Below, one piece after another: positions 1 to 8,614 of a stretch of DNA of 50,313 nucleotides. Below the pieces are notes generated by a model. The model saw only the letters and a program-made list of their open reading frames with translations. It had not been told where the DNA came from and ran no database searches. The DNA is taken from IMG/VR virus record IMGVR_UViG_3300037424_001491, positions 1 through 50,313 of that record. One strand, written 5' to 3'. This DNA comes from a virus. Taxonomy: Duplodnaviria > Caudoviricetes. Each line of letters opens with the position of its first letter. Position 1 is the stretch's first letter. A program made the position numbers and the translations under genes.

Positions 1-2
1 AC

Positions 3-239
3 GTGGCCCACCTCATCGGCGTGGAGGCCGCTGTCCGGCTCGCCGAAGAGATGGGCGGCGCTCACCTCTACATCCCCCAGGCGGATAGCGCCCTTGCCGC
101 TGCCCGCCGCGCGTGGATCCTCGCGAATCGTCACCTCGCCCCTCGCGAACTCTCCCGCTCCACTGGCTACTCCGAACGTCAGGTATACCGGATATTGGAG
201 GAAAAGGAAGAGGACGAGCGGCAGGGGGGCTTGTTTTAG
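3..239 (+). CDS. mor: Mor/C-family transcription activator of the outer Mu-like prophage (5' truncated by window)
   Basis: IGVEAAVRLAEEMGGAHLYIP...TGYSERQVYRIL; paralogous to 19709-20011 (LGTETAIRLAERFGGVHLYI...TGLSERQVYRL). Confidence 0.85.
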   Translation: MAHLIGVEAAVRLAEEMGGAHLYIPQADSALAAARRAWILANRHLAPRELSRSTGYSERQVYRILEEKEEDERQGGLF

Positions 240-277
240 GGGGGTGGGATTGTTAGAATAATTGCCGCACCCTTTTT

Positions 278-307
278 TCAACATGACATATAATGATTAT
301 CAACATG
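278..307 (+). promoter_or_regulatory. Putative island promoter: TATAAT flanked by TCAACATG direct repeats
   Basis: TATAAT 289-294; TCAACATG at 278-285 and 300-307; no good -35. Confidence 0.4.
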
Positions 308-318
308 GGGGGTTTTGA

Positions 319-633
319 TTGACTGAGACTGTTCTGAAAGGTTTCATAAAGCAGGGGATTGAACCTCAAGTTATTGTAGAGGAGGCAATTCCTAGTAAGG
401 GCAAGCCCGCCCAGAAAAGCCTTGGATCTACCACGGTCTTTATTGTTAATATATGTCTTTGGGAGAAAACCTCTACCATTGAGGCATCGAGGGGTGGCCC
501 GCGTGAATGGAGAGACTTCAATAAACTAGTAAAATGGCTGAAGTCTTTAGGGATTCATGACTACAAGGTAAGACTCTTCGCTCCCGAGGATCTTATTAAT
601 CAAACCCTAGCCCTCTCAAATACTGGGGAATAG
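319..633 (+). CDS. Small hypothetical protein, possibly a DNA-binding regulator of the operon
   Basis: 104 aa ORF ending 1 bp before sspB; RGGPREWRDFNKLVKWLKSLGI segment. Confidence 0.55.
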   Translation: MTETVLKGFIKQGIEPQVIVEEAIPSKGKPAQKSLGSTTVFIVNICLWEKTSTIEASRGGPREWRDFNKLVKWLKSLGIHDYKVRLFAPEDLINQTLALSNTGE

Positions 634-634
634 C

Positions 635-1576
635 ATGACAACTATAGAAGCCAAAAGAAATAGTCAAATAATCCACCCTATATTTGCCAGGCACGAAACC
701 TTTCATCCCCGATTTGGGTGGTTAAAGAAGGGGTTTGATAAAGCATCAGAGCAGCCTGATCTTTTTACGGATGATATGGCCCCATCTATTCTTGGCGTTG
801 GGAAAAATATGGTTAAAGCCATCAAGTACTGGTGCATTGCGTATAAAGTACTTGAAGAAGTCCAAGAAAGAGGCAAGGGGAGAATCCTTGTCCCTACCGC
901 TTTTGGCAATAGGTTATTGAATAACGACGGGTGGGATCCGTACCTTGAAGACCCTGCGTCACTTTGGCTTTTGCATTGGAGCCTACTCTCACTTCCAAAC
1001 TATGCTACAACATGGCACTACACTTTTAATGTTTTTAACCGCCCCAGCTTTATGGTGGAAGATATCCAACATGGGATATTTGAGTATGCAAAAAGAGAAT
1101 TTCCCAACAGCCGCATAACAGCTTCTTCTGTGGCTAGAGATGTGAGCTGTCTTCTGAGAATGTATGTCGAAGACTCATCTAGGCAGCTGACTGAGGACTC
1201 GATTGATAGCCCATTTACGGATCTTGGGCTTGTTAAGCAATATGGAGACAGGAGACATTTTGCCATGAGTATTGGGCCTAAGATTGGGCTAACTCATGAA
1301 ATCATTGCGGCCTCTTGCCTAGACTTTGCTGCCACAGCTGAAGAGGGGGCAAAAACAATATCAATAGCTCGCCTTACATATGAGCAGAATAGTCCAGGCC
1401 AGTGCTTTAAGCTTACAGAGGGCATAATTAGTGAAGCAATTGAGAGCGTTGCCATAGCCGTTGAGGATATTGAGATGTCCAAAACTGCTGGCCTTGTGCA
1501 GATGGCCTTCAGTCGAGACCCTTACTCCATCATCAATGATGTGCTAAACGGATATTACAAAAGGATCCATAACTAA
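635..1576 (+). CDS. sspB: DUF4007 family protein, SspB-like
   Basis: FARHETFHPRFGWLKKG, LGVGKNMVKAIKYW and WDPYLEDPASLWLLHW motifs; followed by ATPase and PAPS reductase genes. Confidence 0.85.
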   Translation: MTTIEAKRNSQIIHPIFARHETFHPRFGWLKKGFDKASEQPDLFTDDMAPSILGVGKNMVKAIKYWCIAYKVLEEVQERGKGRILVPTAFGNRLLNNDGWDPYLEDPASLWLLHWSLLSLPNYATTWHYTFNVFNRPSFMVEDIQHGIFEYAKREFPNSRITASSVARDVSCLLRMYVEDSSRQLTEDSIDSPFTDLGLVKQYGDRRHFAMSIGPKIGLTHEIIAASCLDFAATAEEGAKTISIARLTYEQNSPGQCFKLTEGIISEAIESVAIAVEDIEMSKTAGLVQMAFSRDPYSIINDVLNGYYKRIHN

Positions 1577-1577
1577 G

Positions 1578-4500
1578 ATGCCCATCTTCGATCAGATAAA
1601 AATCAAGAGAAGATATACAAGATCGGTAAATCTTGAAAGAGATCTTGAGGTAGCCGATAGTGTCAATGGTTACATTATCACGCCGAAGATTCAAAAAGTT
1701 ATTGACCGCTTTGTTGAAGCTCTTACTACACCCGATGCGACAAGAGCCTGGACTATAACTGGCGTCTACGGCACAGGGAAATCCGCATTCGCCCATTTCC
1801 TTTCGGCCCTGTGTTCTTCTAGGGACGATGAAATACGGAAAAATGCAGTCAAGATTTTTAATGCTTCCGGTGGCAGCAGTCGTAAGCTCTCATTGAACCT
1901 ACACGATAAGGGCCTAATAAAGGCAGTAATAACAGCACAAAGAGAGCCGATTGCACATTCGTTGATACGTGGACTTAAGTATGGCGCGGATAGGTACTGG
2001 GCTAGTGCCCCTGGCCCCAAAAGCGAAGTGCGTTCAAGATTGGATAAGCTCTATGTTGATCTATCTGCCGGAAGAGTTATCGAAAACGCCCAAGTATTAA
2101 GTCTGATAAAGGGCTTGGCGTCTAGCTCAAGGGCTGGGATGATCATTGTTATAGATGAACTCGGGAAGAACCTGGAGTATTCCGCACAACACCAATCTTC
2201 AAGCGATTTATACTTGCTTCAGCAGATCGCTGAACTGCCTGCCGGGGCGAAGAAGCCGAAAGTCTTTTTCCTTGGATTGCTCCACCAAGCTTTTTATGAA
2301 TACTCCCATGGGCTTGCTACAACTCAAAGAAATGAATGGATAAAGATTCAAGGCAGGTTTGAAGATATACCGCTTTCAGAATCCACGTCTAGACTTGTGC
2401 ATCTGATTGCAAATGCGATTGACTATGACGCAGCCACTCCAGAGGTAAAAAGGGATCTAGTGAAGTGGGGGGCTACATGGAGGAAGGAGTTAGAGAAGCT
2501 TGAACTTGCAAAGTCCTCTTTAGCCGAATTGCCAGAGCTTTATCCATGTCACCCAATCACAGCCTTAACTCTCCCTACACTTTGCAACAAGTTTTCACAG
2601 AACGATAGGACTCTTTTTACATTTCTTGCCAGCGATGAGCCACATTCATTTAAGAGCTTTTTAAAGTCCACTGAGCTTTCTCTTGAAATGCCCACCTTAA
2701 AGCCCCACCAACTTTACGACTACTTTATTGAGACCGCAGGGATTAATATGGCCTCGCGCTCCCATATGCAAAGGTGGTTAGAGGTGCAAGGGCGCATTGA
2801 CGAGGCAAGCGGCTTGGATGAAGATTCAATCGTTGCCCTTAAGACTATCGGAATACTGAATCTTGTTTCGGGGGCCGCGCCGATAAAAGCGTCATATAAG
2901 ATTCTTAATCTTGCGCTTGTTGATAGTCCATCATCCAAGGCTTATGGGCAATGGGATAACATCATAGAGGGTCTTATTAGTAAAGGGCTTGTCACCTATC
3001 GACGTTTTAATGACGAATATCGTCTTTGGGAAGGAAGCGATTTCGATATTGAAGATGCGGTTTCTGAAGAAAAACAGAAGATTCACGATACCCTCTCTGA
3101 AATTCTTTCTTCCGTGTCCCCGTTAAAGCCAGTCATTGCAAGGAGGCATAGTTATAAAACGGGTGGCATAAGATATTTTGAGAGAGCTTACTCGGAATCC
3201 ATTCCTAACCCCTTGCGATGCAAGTCACCCGATGCTGATGGGATTATTCTATACATCACAGGCGCATTACCAGAAAAGTCAGAAATCCAATCATATACTA
3301 CAGATGGGCGACCCGCTGTGATTATCTGTGCATCAGGGCTTGAATCTTTACGTGTTGCGAGCCGTGAGTATAAAGCCCTATTGAGCATTAGCGAGAATAG
3401 AAGCGAGCTGCAATCAGATGGGGTCGCACGTAAAGAGGTGCGGCAGCGCCTCTTTGTGGCAGAGAAGATTCTGAATGATACATTGAGTATAGCTTTTGAT
3501 TATTCCGGCGAGGCTAAGTGTTGGGTTCTTGGCAAGCAAATAAAGCTATCAGGGACACCTGATTTCAACTCCATGCTGTCTAATATTTGCGATCAGGTTT
3601 ATAGCAAGGGACTTGTCTTATGGAACGAACTAATCAATAGACGTGAATTATCCTCTCAAGGGGCAAAAGCAAGGCGAGAGCTTATTGAAGCCATGCTAAG
3701 CAATGATCACCTTGAGAGACTCGGTATAGTTGGCAATGGGCCTGAGTACAGCATGTATGAATCAGTTCTCAGAAGAACAGGTATACATGCCAAGAGAGAG
3801 ACGGCCTGGTGCATCGACAAGCCCGATAGTGCCTCTGGCATCATGGATGTATGGTCAACAATTGAGGACTTCTGCGTAAACTCTACCGAAACTGCGAGAA
3901 GCTTAGATGGGCTATACGAATTACTTAAATGCCCCCCTTATGGCGTAAAGCCGGGCATTATCCCTGTCCTGCTGCTTGCTGTTATTCAATATCATTCCGA
4001 TTACTTAAGTGTTTACATCGAGGGCTCTTATATCCCAGTTCTCGGGCCAGAGCATTTCGAGCTCCTCGTGAAGAAGCCTGAACTATTCGCAGTGAAATAC
4101 TTCCAGATATCTGGCCTTAAAAGGCAATTGTTCGAGGAGCTGACGGAAATTTTCTCTGCTACGAAGATATCTCCAAAGGGTTTAAGAAACGCTACCCTCT
4201 TAGGGATAGTTAACCCTCTTGTTAAGTTCGTTCAAAAACTTTCAAAGTATAGCCTTCAGGCTGATACTGTCAGCGATGAGGCCAAAGCCGTCAGGAAGGC
4301 ATTGATCGAAGCAAAGGATCCCGATGACCTTCTATTCCGAGCGCTGCCCCAAGCTTGTGGATTTCCTTTTATTGATGCTCATGCCTCTTCAGACAGCAAG
4401 CTAATCGTTTCCTTCAAGAAGAGTCTTATCCAAACCTTGCAGGAGCTTCAGCTCTCATATGATCGTGTTCTTTCATACGGGCAGGTGCTTTTGTCTAATG

Positions 4501-5039
4501 CTTTTTCAGCCCAGCGTGACTTGCAAGGGGTCAGAGAGTACATGAGAGCGATTGCCGGGCGCGTCAACGCAAATACACAGGTTGTCGAACTGAACCTGAA
4601 GCGATTTATCCAGGCGATTATTGAAACAAATTCAAGTGATAAAGCTTGGCTTGAGTCTGTGCTAATGGTAATTGCCGACAAACCAGTTGAGTCATGGACG
4701 GATACGGACAAATTAACCTTTGAAGTAAAGCTGGGAGACCTTATTAAGCGCTTTAAAAACGTAGAGGCGATCATTGATCTCTCTCCTGTGGACAAGAAGG
4801 GCATTGACGCTCAGAAACTCACCATCACTCATCAGGATGGAAGAGAGTTTAGTGAAGTGCTCTGGCTTGAGGAAAAAGAAAAAGCAGAGGTCGCCTCCAT
4901 CATATCAAAGATAAAGCCATATCTCACGGGGAATGATAAGATCAATAAAGCAATCCTGAGTGCCATTATTGAGGAGATCATTCCTAAAGATATATCAGAG
5001 CAGTCCGAATCTAAGAACAAGAAGAAGCATCATGGCTAA
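1578..5039 (+). CDS. sspC: Large P-loop ATPase, SspC-like (BrxC-related)
   Basis: RSVNLERD, Walker A GVYGTGKS, Walker B IVIDELGK, EWIKIQGRF, YPCHP, QNDRTLFTFL, PPYGVK. Confidence 0.85.
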   Translation: MPIFDQIKIKRRYTRSVNLERDLEVADSVNGYIITPKIQKVIDRFVEALTTPDATRAWTITGVYGTGKSAFAHFLSALCSSRDDEIRKNAVKIFNASGGSSRKLSLNLHDKGLIKAVITAQREPIAHSLIRGLKYGADRYWASAPGPKSEVRSRLDKLYVDLSAGRVIENAQVLSLIKGLASSSRAGMIIVIDELGKNLEYSAQHQSSSDLYLLQQIAELPAGAKKPKVFFLGLLHQAFYEYSHGLATTQRNEWIKIQGRFEDIPLSESTSRLVHLIANAIDYDAATPEVKRDLVKWGATWRKELEKLELAKSSLAELPELYPCHPITALTLPTLCNKFSQNDRTLFTFLASDEPHSFKSFLKSTELSLEMPTLKPHQLYDYFIETAGINMASRSHMQRWLEVQGRIDEASGLDEDSIVALKTIGILNLVSGAAPIKASYKILNLALVDSPSSKAYGQWDNIIEGLISKGLVTYRRFNDEYRLWEGSDFDIEDAVSEEKQKIHDTLSEILSSVSPLKPVIARRHSYKTGGIRYFERAYSESIPNPLRCKSPDADGIILYITGALPEKSEIQSYTTDGRPAVIICASGLESLRVASREYKALLSISENRSELQSDGVARKEVRQRLFVAEKILNDTLSIAFDYSGEAKCWVLGKQIKLSGTPDFNSMLSNICDQVYSKGLVLWNELINRRELSSQGAKARRELIEAMLSNDHLERLGIVGNGPEYSMYESVLRRTGIHAKRETAWCIDKPDSASGIMDVWSTIEDFCVNSTETARSLDGLYELLKCPPYGVKPGIIPVLLLAVIQYHSDYLSVYIEGSYIPVLGPEHFELLVKKPELFAVKYFQISGLKRQLFEELTEIFSATKISPKGLRNATLLGIVNPLVKFVQKLSKYSLQADTVSDEAKAVRKALIEAKDPDDLLFRALPQACGFPFIDAHASSDSKLIVSFKKSLIQTLQELQLSYDRVLSYGQVLLSNAFSAQRDLQGVREYMRAIAGRVNANTQVVELNLKRFIQAIIETNSSDKAWLESVLMVIADKPVESWTDTDKLTFEVKLGDLIKRFKNVEAIIDLSPVDKKGIDAQKLTITHQDGREFSEVLWLEEKEKAEVASIISKIKPYLTGNDKINKAILSAIIEEIIPKDISEQSESKNKKKHHG

Positions 5040-5841
5040 GAAGGTAAGGCATATTTTAGGGCTTTCGGGTGGCAAGGATAGTGCGGCCCTTGCGGTCTAC
5101 CTTCACAATAGAGTCCCTGACATTGAGTATTTCTTCTGTGATACGGGCAAAAACTGCGAGCTACCAGAGACCTATGAGTTTCTAGATAGGCTGAAAGCTC
5201 GCCTTGGCATAAAGATTACTTACCTGAGTGCAGAAAGAGGTTTTGATCATTGGCTGAAAGTCTACAATGGCTTCTTGCCCTCTGCCGTGGCTCGATGGTG
5301 CACAAAACAGCTCAAGATCATCCCACTTGAGAAATTCGTTGGCGATGATGAGGCCATAAGCTACATCGCCATTAGAGCCGATGAGGACAGGGATGGCTAT
5401 GTTTCTTCTAAAGAAAACATAAACCCCGTTTTCCCATTCAAAGATGATGGGCTCGTTAAGGATGATGTGTATCGCCTCCTGGAAGAGAGCGGGATCGGCA
5501 TGCCGAAGTATTATGAATGGCGGTCACGCTCTGGATGTTACTTCTGCTTCTTCCAGAGGAAAATTGAATGGATCGGACTACATGACCACCACCCAGATCT
5601 ATTCAAAAAGGCTCAAGCATATGAGACTGAACATTCCGATGGCCGCAAATTCACGTGGAACGATAATGAGACACTGCAAGAGCTTATTGGAAGAAGAGAT
5701 TCAATAGAAGCTGAACACCATGCGGCTGTAGACAGACTAAAGAGTAAGAATCTGATCAAAGCAAACTCTCCCCTTGTGCGGACTCTAGGTGCCCTGGATG
5801 ATGAAGAAGACTTTAACCCGTGCGCTGTCTGCCACTTATAG
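5032..5841 (+). CDS. sspD: PAPS-reductase family protein, SspD-like
   Basis: PP-loop SGGKDS, RWCT, RSGCYFCFFQR, C-terminal CAVC; ATG 5032 overlaps the sspC end. Confidence 0.85.
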   Translation: MAKKVRHILGLSGGKDSAALAVYLHNRVPDIEYFFCDTGKNCELPETYEFLDRLKARLGIKITYLSAERGFDHWLKVYNGFLPSAVARWCTKQLKIIPLEKFVGDDEAISYIAIRADEDRDGYVSSKENINPVFPFKDDGLVKDDVYRLLEESGIGMPKYYEWRSRSGCYFCFFQRKIEWIGLHDHHPDLFKKAQAYETEHSDGRKFTWNDNETLQELIGRRDSIEAEHHAAVDRLKSKNLIKANSPLVRTLGALDDEEDFNPCAVCHL

Positions 5842-5883
5842 TGTCTCGATTGCACTTAAACCTAGTATTGCTTGCAGGCTTTT

Positions 5884-5892
5884 TGGTATAAT
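5884..5892 (+). promoter_or_regulatory. Extended -10 promoter for the GIY-YIG/DGQHR/GHKL operon
   Basis: TGGTATAAT in the intergenic gap; GAGG RBS before ATG 5986. Confidence 0.5.
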
Positions 5893-5985
5893 CCTAAATA
5901 TATCAGGATGGTGATTGTTGTACTGCCACGTCTAGGCTAACAGTCGCGTACGTATCTCAGGCCATTAACGCGAGGTTGATTGATC

Positions 5986-6198
5986 ATGGCTGTGGATTTG
6001 ATTGATATAGAGGCGATTGATCAGGCAAAATCCCACATGTCTTCCTTTATGCTATGGCCTGAAAAATGGAATGCCTTTAATGTAGATACAAGCAATTACA
6101 CATGGCATGAATTCAGATTCAAAAAGACATCACTTGCTAGGGTTCCAGACCAGATGGGTGTTTATACCTTCGTGATTAAGCCAAACATTGCAAAACAC
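5986..6198 (+). pseudogene. GIY-YIG nuclease, N-terminal fragment (interrupted by prophage)
   Basis: Ends ...GVYTFVIKPNIAKH and joins in frame to PAYAYLMYVGQT at 41726. Confidence 0.85.
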
Positions 6199-6239
6199 TA
6201 TGGGGGAACACGACAGGTAAGTGCCTGAAAACACGACAA
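6199..6239 (+). repeat. Left terminal inverted repeat of the inner prophage
   Basis: 26/41 ungapped matches to the reverse complement of 41682-41722; CRCGAC at offsets 11-16 and 34-39 at both ends. Confidence 0.8.
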
Positions 6240-6293
6240 ATGGGGCTCGGGATTCTTTACACTTACTTTACAGTTACCTAACAAGAACAAATT

Positions 6294-6313
6294 TATCAAA
6301 CGGTCGTTGATCC
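6294..6313 (+). repeat. Subterminal dyad (ATCAA-N7-TTGAT), left copy
   Basis: TATCAAACGGTCGTTGATCC is 18/20 identical to the reverse complement of 41637-41656. Confidence 0.75.
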
Positions 6314-6683
6314 GTTACCGTCAAAGCTCAATACCCTCCTCTAACCACGAGCCAGTATATCAGAGTAGACGCTTCCTCTCGCCGCCCGCCTCGGATCCGC
6401 CGTACACAGTCGGGCGGCGCGCCCCCTATAATCATCGCAAGTGGCTGTGGGGCCACCGCAGTACGAGTCGCCGCTCGCCGTCGCGCGGGCCTGCCGGGTA
6501 GACGTGCCATTGGGCGCGTCGGATACGCGGACTGACCAGTCCGCAGCATGTGTCAATACGGCAAAGGTTGAAGGCAAAGGTGGTCGCAATCTGCGACCGG
6601 TTCCCGACCGAGCTTCCCTCTCCCTCCCTGCCGCCTCGTGTGTCTGTGCAGGAAGAGTCGTCGCGCGGGCCTGACTGGATGGG

Positions 6684-6712
6684 TTGAGTCCCCGCCACTT
6701 TCGTGTTACAAT
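6684..6712 (+). promoter_or_regulatory. Sigma70-like promoter of the lipoprotein moron
   Basis: TTGAGT-17 bp-TACAAT with extended TG. Confidence 0.65.
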
Positions 6713-6740
6713 GCGGCATCACGCCGACTGGAGGGATGGA

Positions 6741-7394
6741 ATGAAGAGGTTGATCTTAATTGCCGTGCTACTGGTTATGCTGGCTGCGTGTGGTCCGCCG
6801 AAGATGATAACACCGACGATGGAGTCATTACAAATCAAAACTGGAGTGACTCAAACTGTAACTGTTGGGAGCCCACTGTACGTAAAGGGGCACGTGAATA
6901 AGCTGCCAGCGGTACACGCGCTGGAGGATTTCACCCATGAAACCATAGGGGCGACGTATAATATACAGGTGGGCGCGACCTACCCGTGCAGGTTTACTGA
7001 TACAAATGACGACCTCTTGTGTGAAGTAATGAAGGGCGCCGTCTACCCTCACTGTGTTGTTGTGGACAGCGCTGGCACAGCCCTCGGATTTAAAAACTGT
7101 TGGGCTGGCGCTTCGCTCAGGTTGCCTGAACCGCGCAAGCTTTTTGAGATAGACTCTGCGATCGTGGATTTTGGCTCTTCAACATCCGAACTTCTCTATA
7201 ATGGCCGCTCGGGCAGTACGATCAAGTTCTCGTATCGTGAGTTTTTCGATAACATGGCCCGGCCAGCCTTTACGCAGGACTTGGTCTATGACCTTGACGA
7301 GTCTTCCGAGATCGCGTTTAAGGCCATGCGCATTAAGGTGCTCAGCGCCACGAATTCAACCATCACCTATACCATCCTCGACGGCAGCCATTAA
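6741..7394 (+). CDS. Lipoprotein (moron; possible superinfection exclusion)
   Basis: Signal peptide MKRLILIAVLLVMLAAC with lipobox; own promoter and terminal hairpin. Confidence 0.75.
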   Translation: MKRLILIAVLLVMLAACGPPKMITPTMESLQIKTGVTQTVTVGSPLYVKGHVNKLPAVHALEDFTHETIGATYNIQVGATYPCRFTDTNDDLLCEVMKGAVYPHCVVVDSAGTALGFKNCWAGASLRLPEPRKLFEIDSAIVDFGSSTSELLYNGRSGSTIKFSYREFFDNMARPAFTQDLVYDLDESSEIAFKAMRIKVLSATNSTITYTILDGSH

Positions 7395-7404
7395 AGCCAG
7401 CGCA

Positions 7405-7441
7405 CACTGGCGTGGGGTGGCATCTCCGCCCCACGCCAGTG
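7405..7441. terminator. Hairpin between the convergent lipoprotein and repressor genes
   Basis: CACTGGCGTGGGGTGG-CATCT-CCGCCCCACGCCAGTG, 16-bp stem with one G-T. Confidence 0.6.
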
Positions 7442-7442
7442 C

Positions 7443-8060
7443 TTAAATCCTTACCCTCCGCCAGACGCCCACCACCTTACCCATGATCCGGTAGTGATCG
7501 TTCGGTCTAAACGCCGGGAACTCCGTGTTGTCGCTCACGAGCCACGGCTCTCCGTCCTTTTCCCTATAGCGCTTGAGCATGGTCTCTCCCCACTCGTCGT
7601 TCACCACGACCACGTCGCCGCTCCTCACGTCCTCCCGAGGCTTCAATAGAACGTAATCGCCGTCCTTAACCGTCGGGCTCATACTCTCTCCCCTGACCAC
7701 CAAGGCGTAGCTCCCGGGCGGGGCATCCGGGAGGCTCACGTAATCCACGATGAGGTCTTGCGGCACCTGGTCGGGGAAGCCCGCTGGCACGCGCCCGAGC
7801 ACTGGCACGCTCACCACCGGCACTGCGGACGGGATGGGCGGGGCCGTATGCATCTCACCCTTACCTGTCAGTATCCAATCAATGGATGTATGCACAATCG
7901 TGGCAATGCGCTGTAGGCTTTGGGCTCCGGGCTCTCGCTCTCCTGAGAGGTAGCTTTGTAGTGTCCTATAGGGAATTCCGCATGTTGCAGCGAAGTCTTT
8001 AACATTAAGGCCCGTTTCCTTTATTGCGCTCGCAAGGCGTGAAGATACACTATCGTGCAT
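7443..8060 (-). CDS. CI/LexA-like repressor (XRE HTH + S24 peptidase)
   Basis: N-terminal HTH, VPAG cleavage site, VRGESMSP catalytic Ser, MLKR catalytic Lys. Confidence 0.92.
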   Translation of the reverse strand: MHDSVSSRLASAIKETGLNVKDFAATCGIPYRTLQSYLSGEREPGAQSLQRIATIVHTSIDWILTGKGEMHTAPPIPSAVPVVSVPVLGRVPAGFPDQVPQDLIVDYVSLPDAPPGSYALVVRGESMSPTVKDGDYVLLKPREDVRSGDVVVVNDEWGETMLKRYREKDGEPWLVSDNTEFPAFRPNDHYRIMGKVVGVWRRVRI

Positions 8061-8097
8061 TTTTCGCTTGGCTCCTGTGCACGATTGTGTGTATCAT
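8045..8097. promoter_or_regulatory. Repressor operators and early promoter
   Basis: Related 16-bp dyads ATACACTATCGTGCAT (8045-8060), GTGCACGATTGTGTGT (8077-8092) and ATGCACAATCGTGGCA (7890-7905); TTGGCT-18 bp-TATCAT. Confidence 0.6.
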
Positions 8098-8107
8098 CCC
8101 TCAATAA

Positions 8108-8614
8108 CACCCGCTAACCGAGGAGGGAAAAAAGAGATGGGGCCAGTAGGGCAGGCGATAGAGGATATAGCGAGCCACAAGACGGACATTGTGGGGATAG
8201 GGATCGCGCTGTGGCTCATCCTTGTGATCCTTTCAGCTGTTTTTGGAGTAGAAGAAGAAGATAAAGAGTCTCCCTCCGCTCCTTCCGGTTGTCCTCGATC
8301 ATCGCATTTGCCCTGTCCATCATGCCGTGAATGTCTTGAGCGGAGAGGTGAAGCGCCTCCGCAGCCTTTTCGGTTGAGTGGGAGAGCAGGATCATCCATC
8401 CCATCGGGAGCGCAACCAGCTGGGCAGCTGCCAACAGGCACCAGAACTCCCACTCATGGAGCAGGGGGCGGCGCGCGGTGATCTCCGCCATGAACCAGAG
8501 GTCCGCGACCGTGATGGCCGCGGAGGCCCAGAGCCCGGACTTCGGGAGCGCCCTTAACTCAAACACGGTGAGCCCCCGTGGCACCCGCTAACCAAGGAGG
8601 CAAAAAAGAGATGG
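8108..8614 (+). repeat. 33-bp direct repeat containing RBS and ATG (8108-8140, 8582-8614)
   Basis: CACCCGCTAACCRAGGAGGSAAAAAAGAGATGG, 31/33 identical. Confidence 0.85.
8137..8481 (+). CDS. Hypothetical membrane protein (coding strand uncertain; overlaps a minus-strand ORF)
   Basis: Strong RBS and ATG from the repeat; hydrophobic stretch IVGIGIALWLILVILSAVFG. Confidence 0.35.
   Translation: MGPVGQAIEDIASHKTDIVGIGIALWLILVILSAVFGVEEEDKESPSAPSGCPRSSHLPCPSCRECLERRGEAPPQPFRLSGRAGSSIPSGAQPAGQLPTGTRTPTHGAGGGAR

Noticed and set aside
635-5841. Type 4 BREX
   Set aside because: No PglZ or BrxL; DUF4007, ATPase and PAPS reductase are separate genes in sspBCD order
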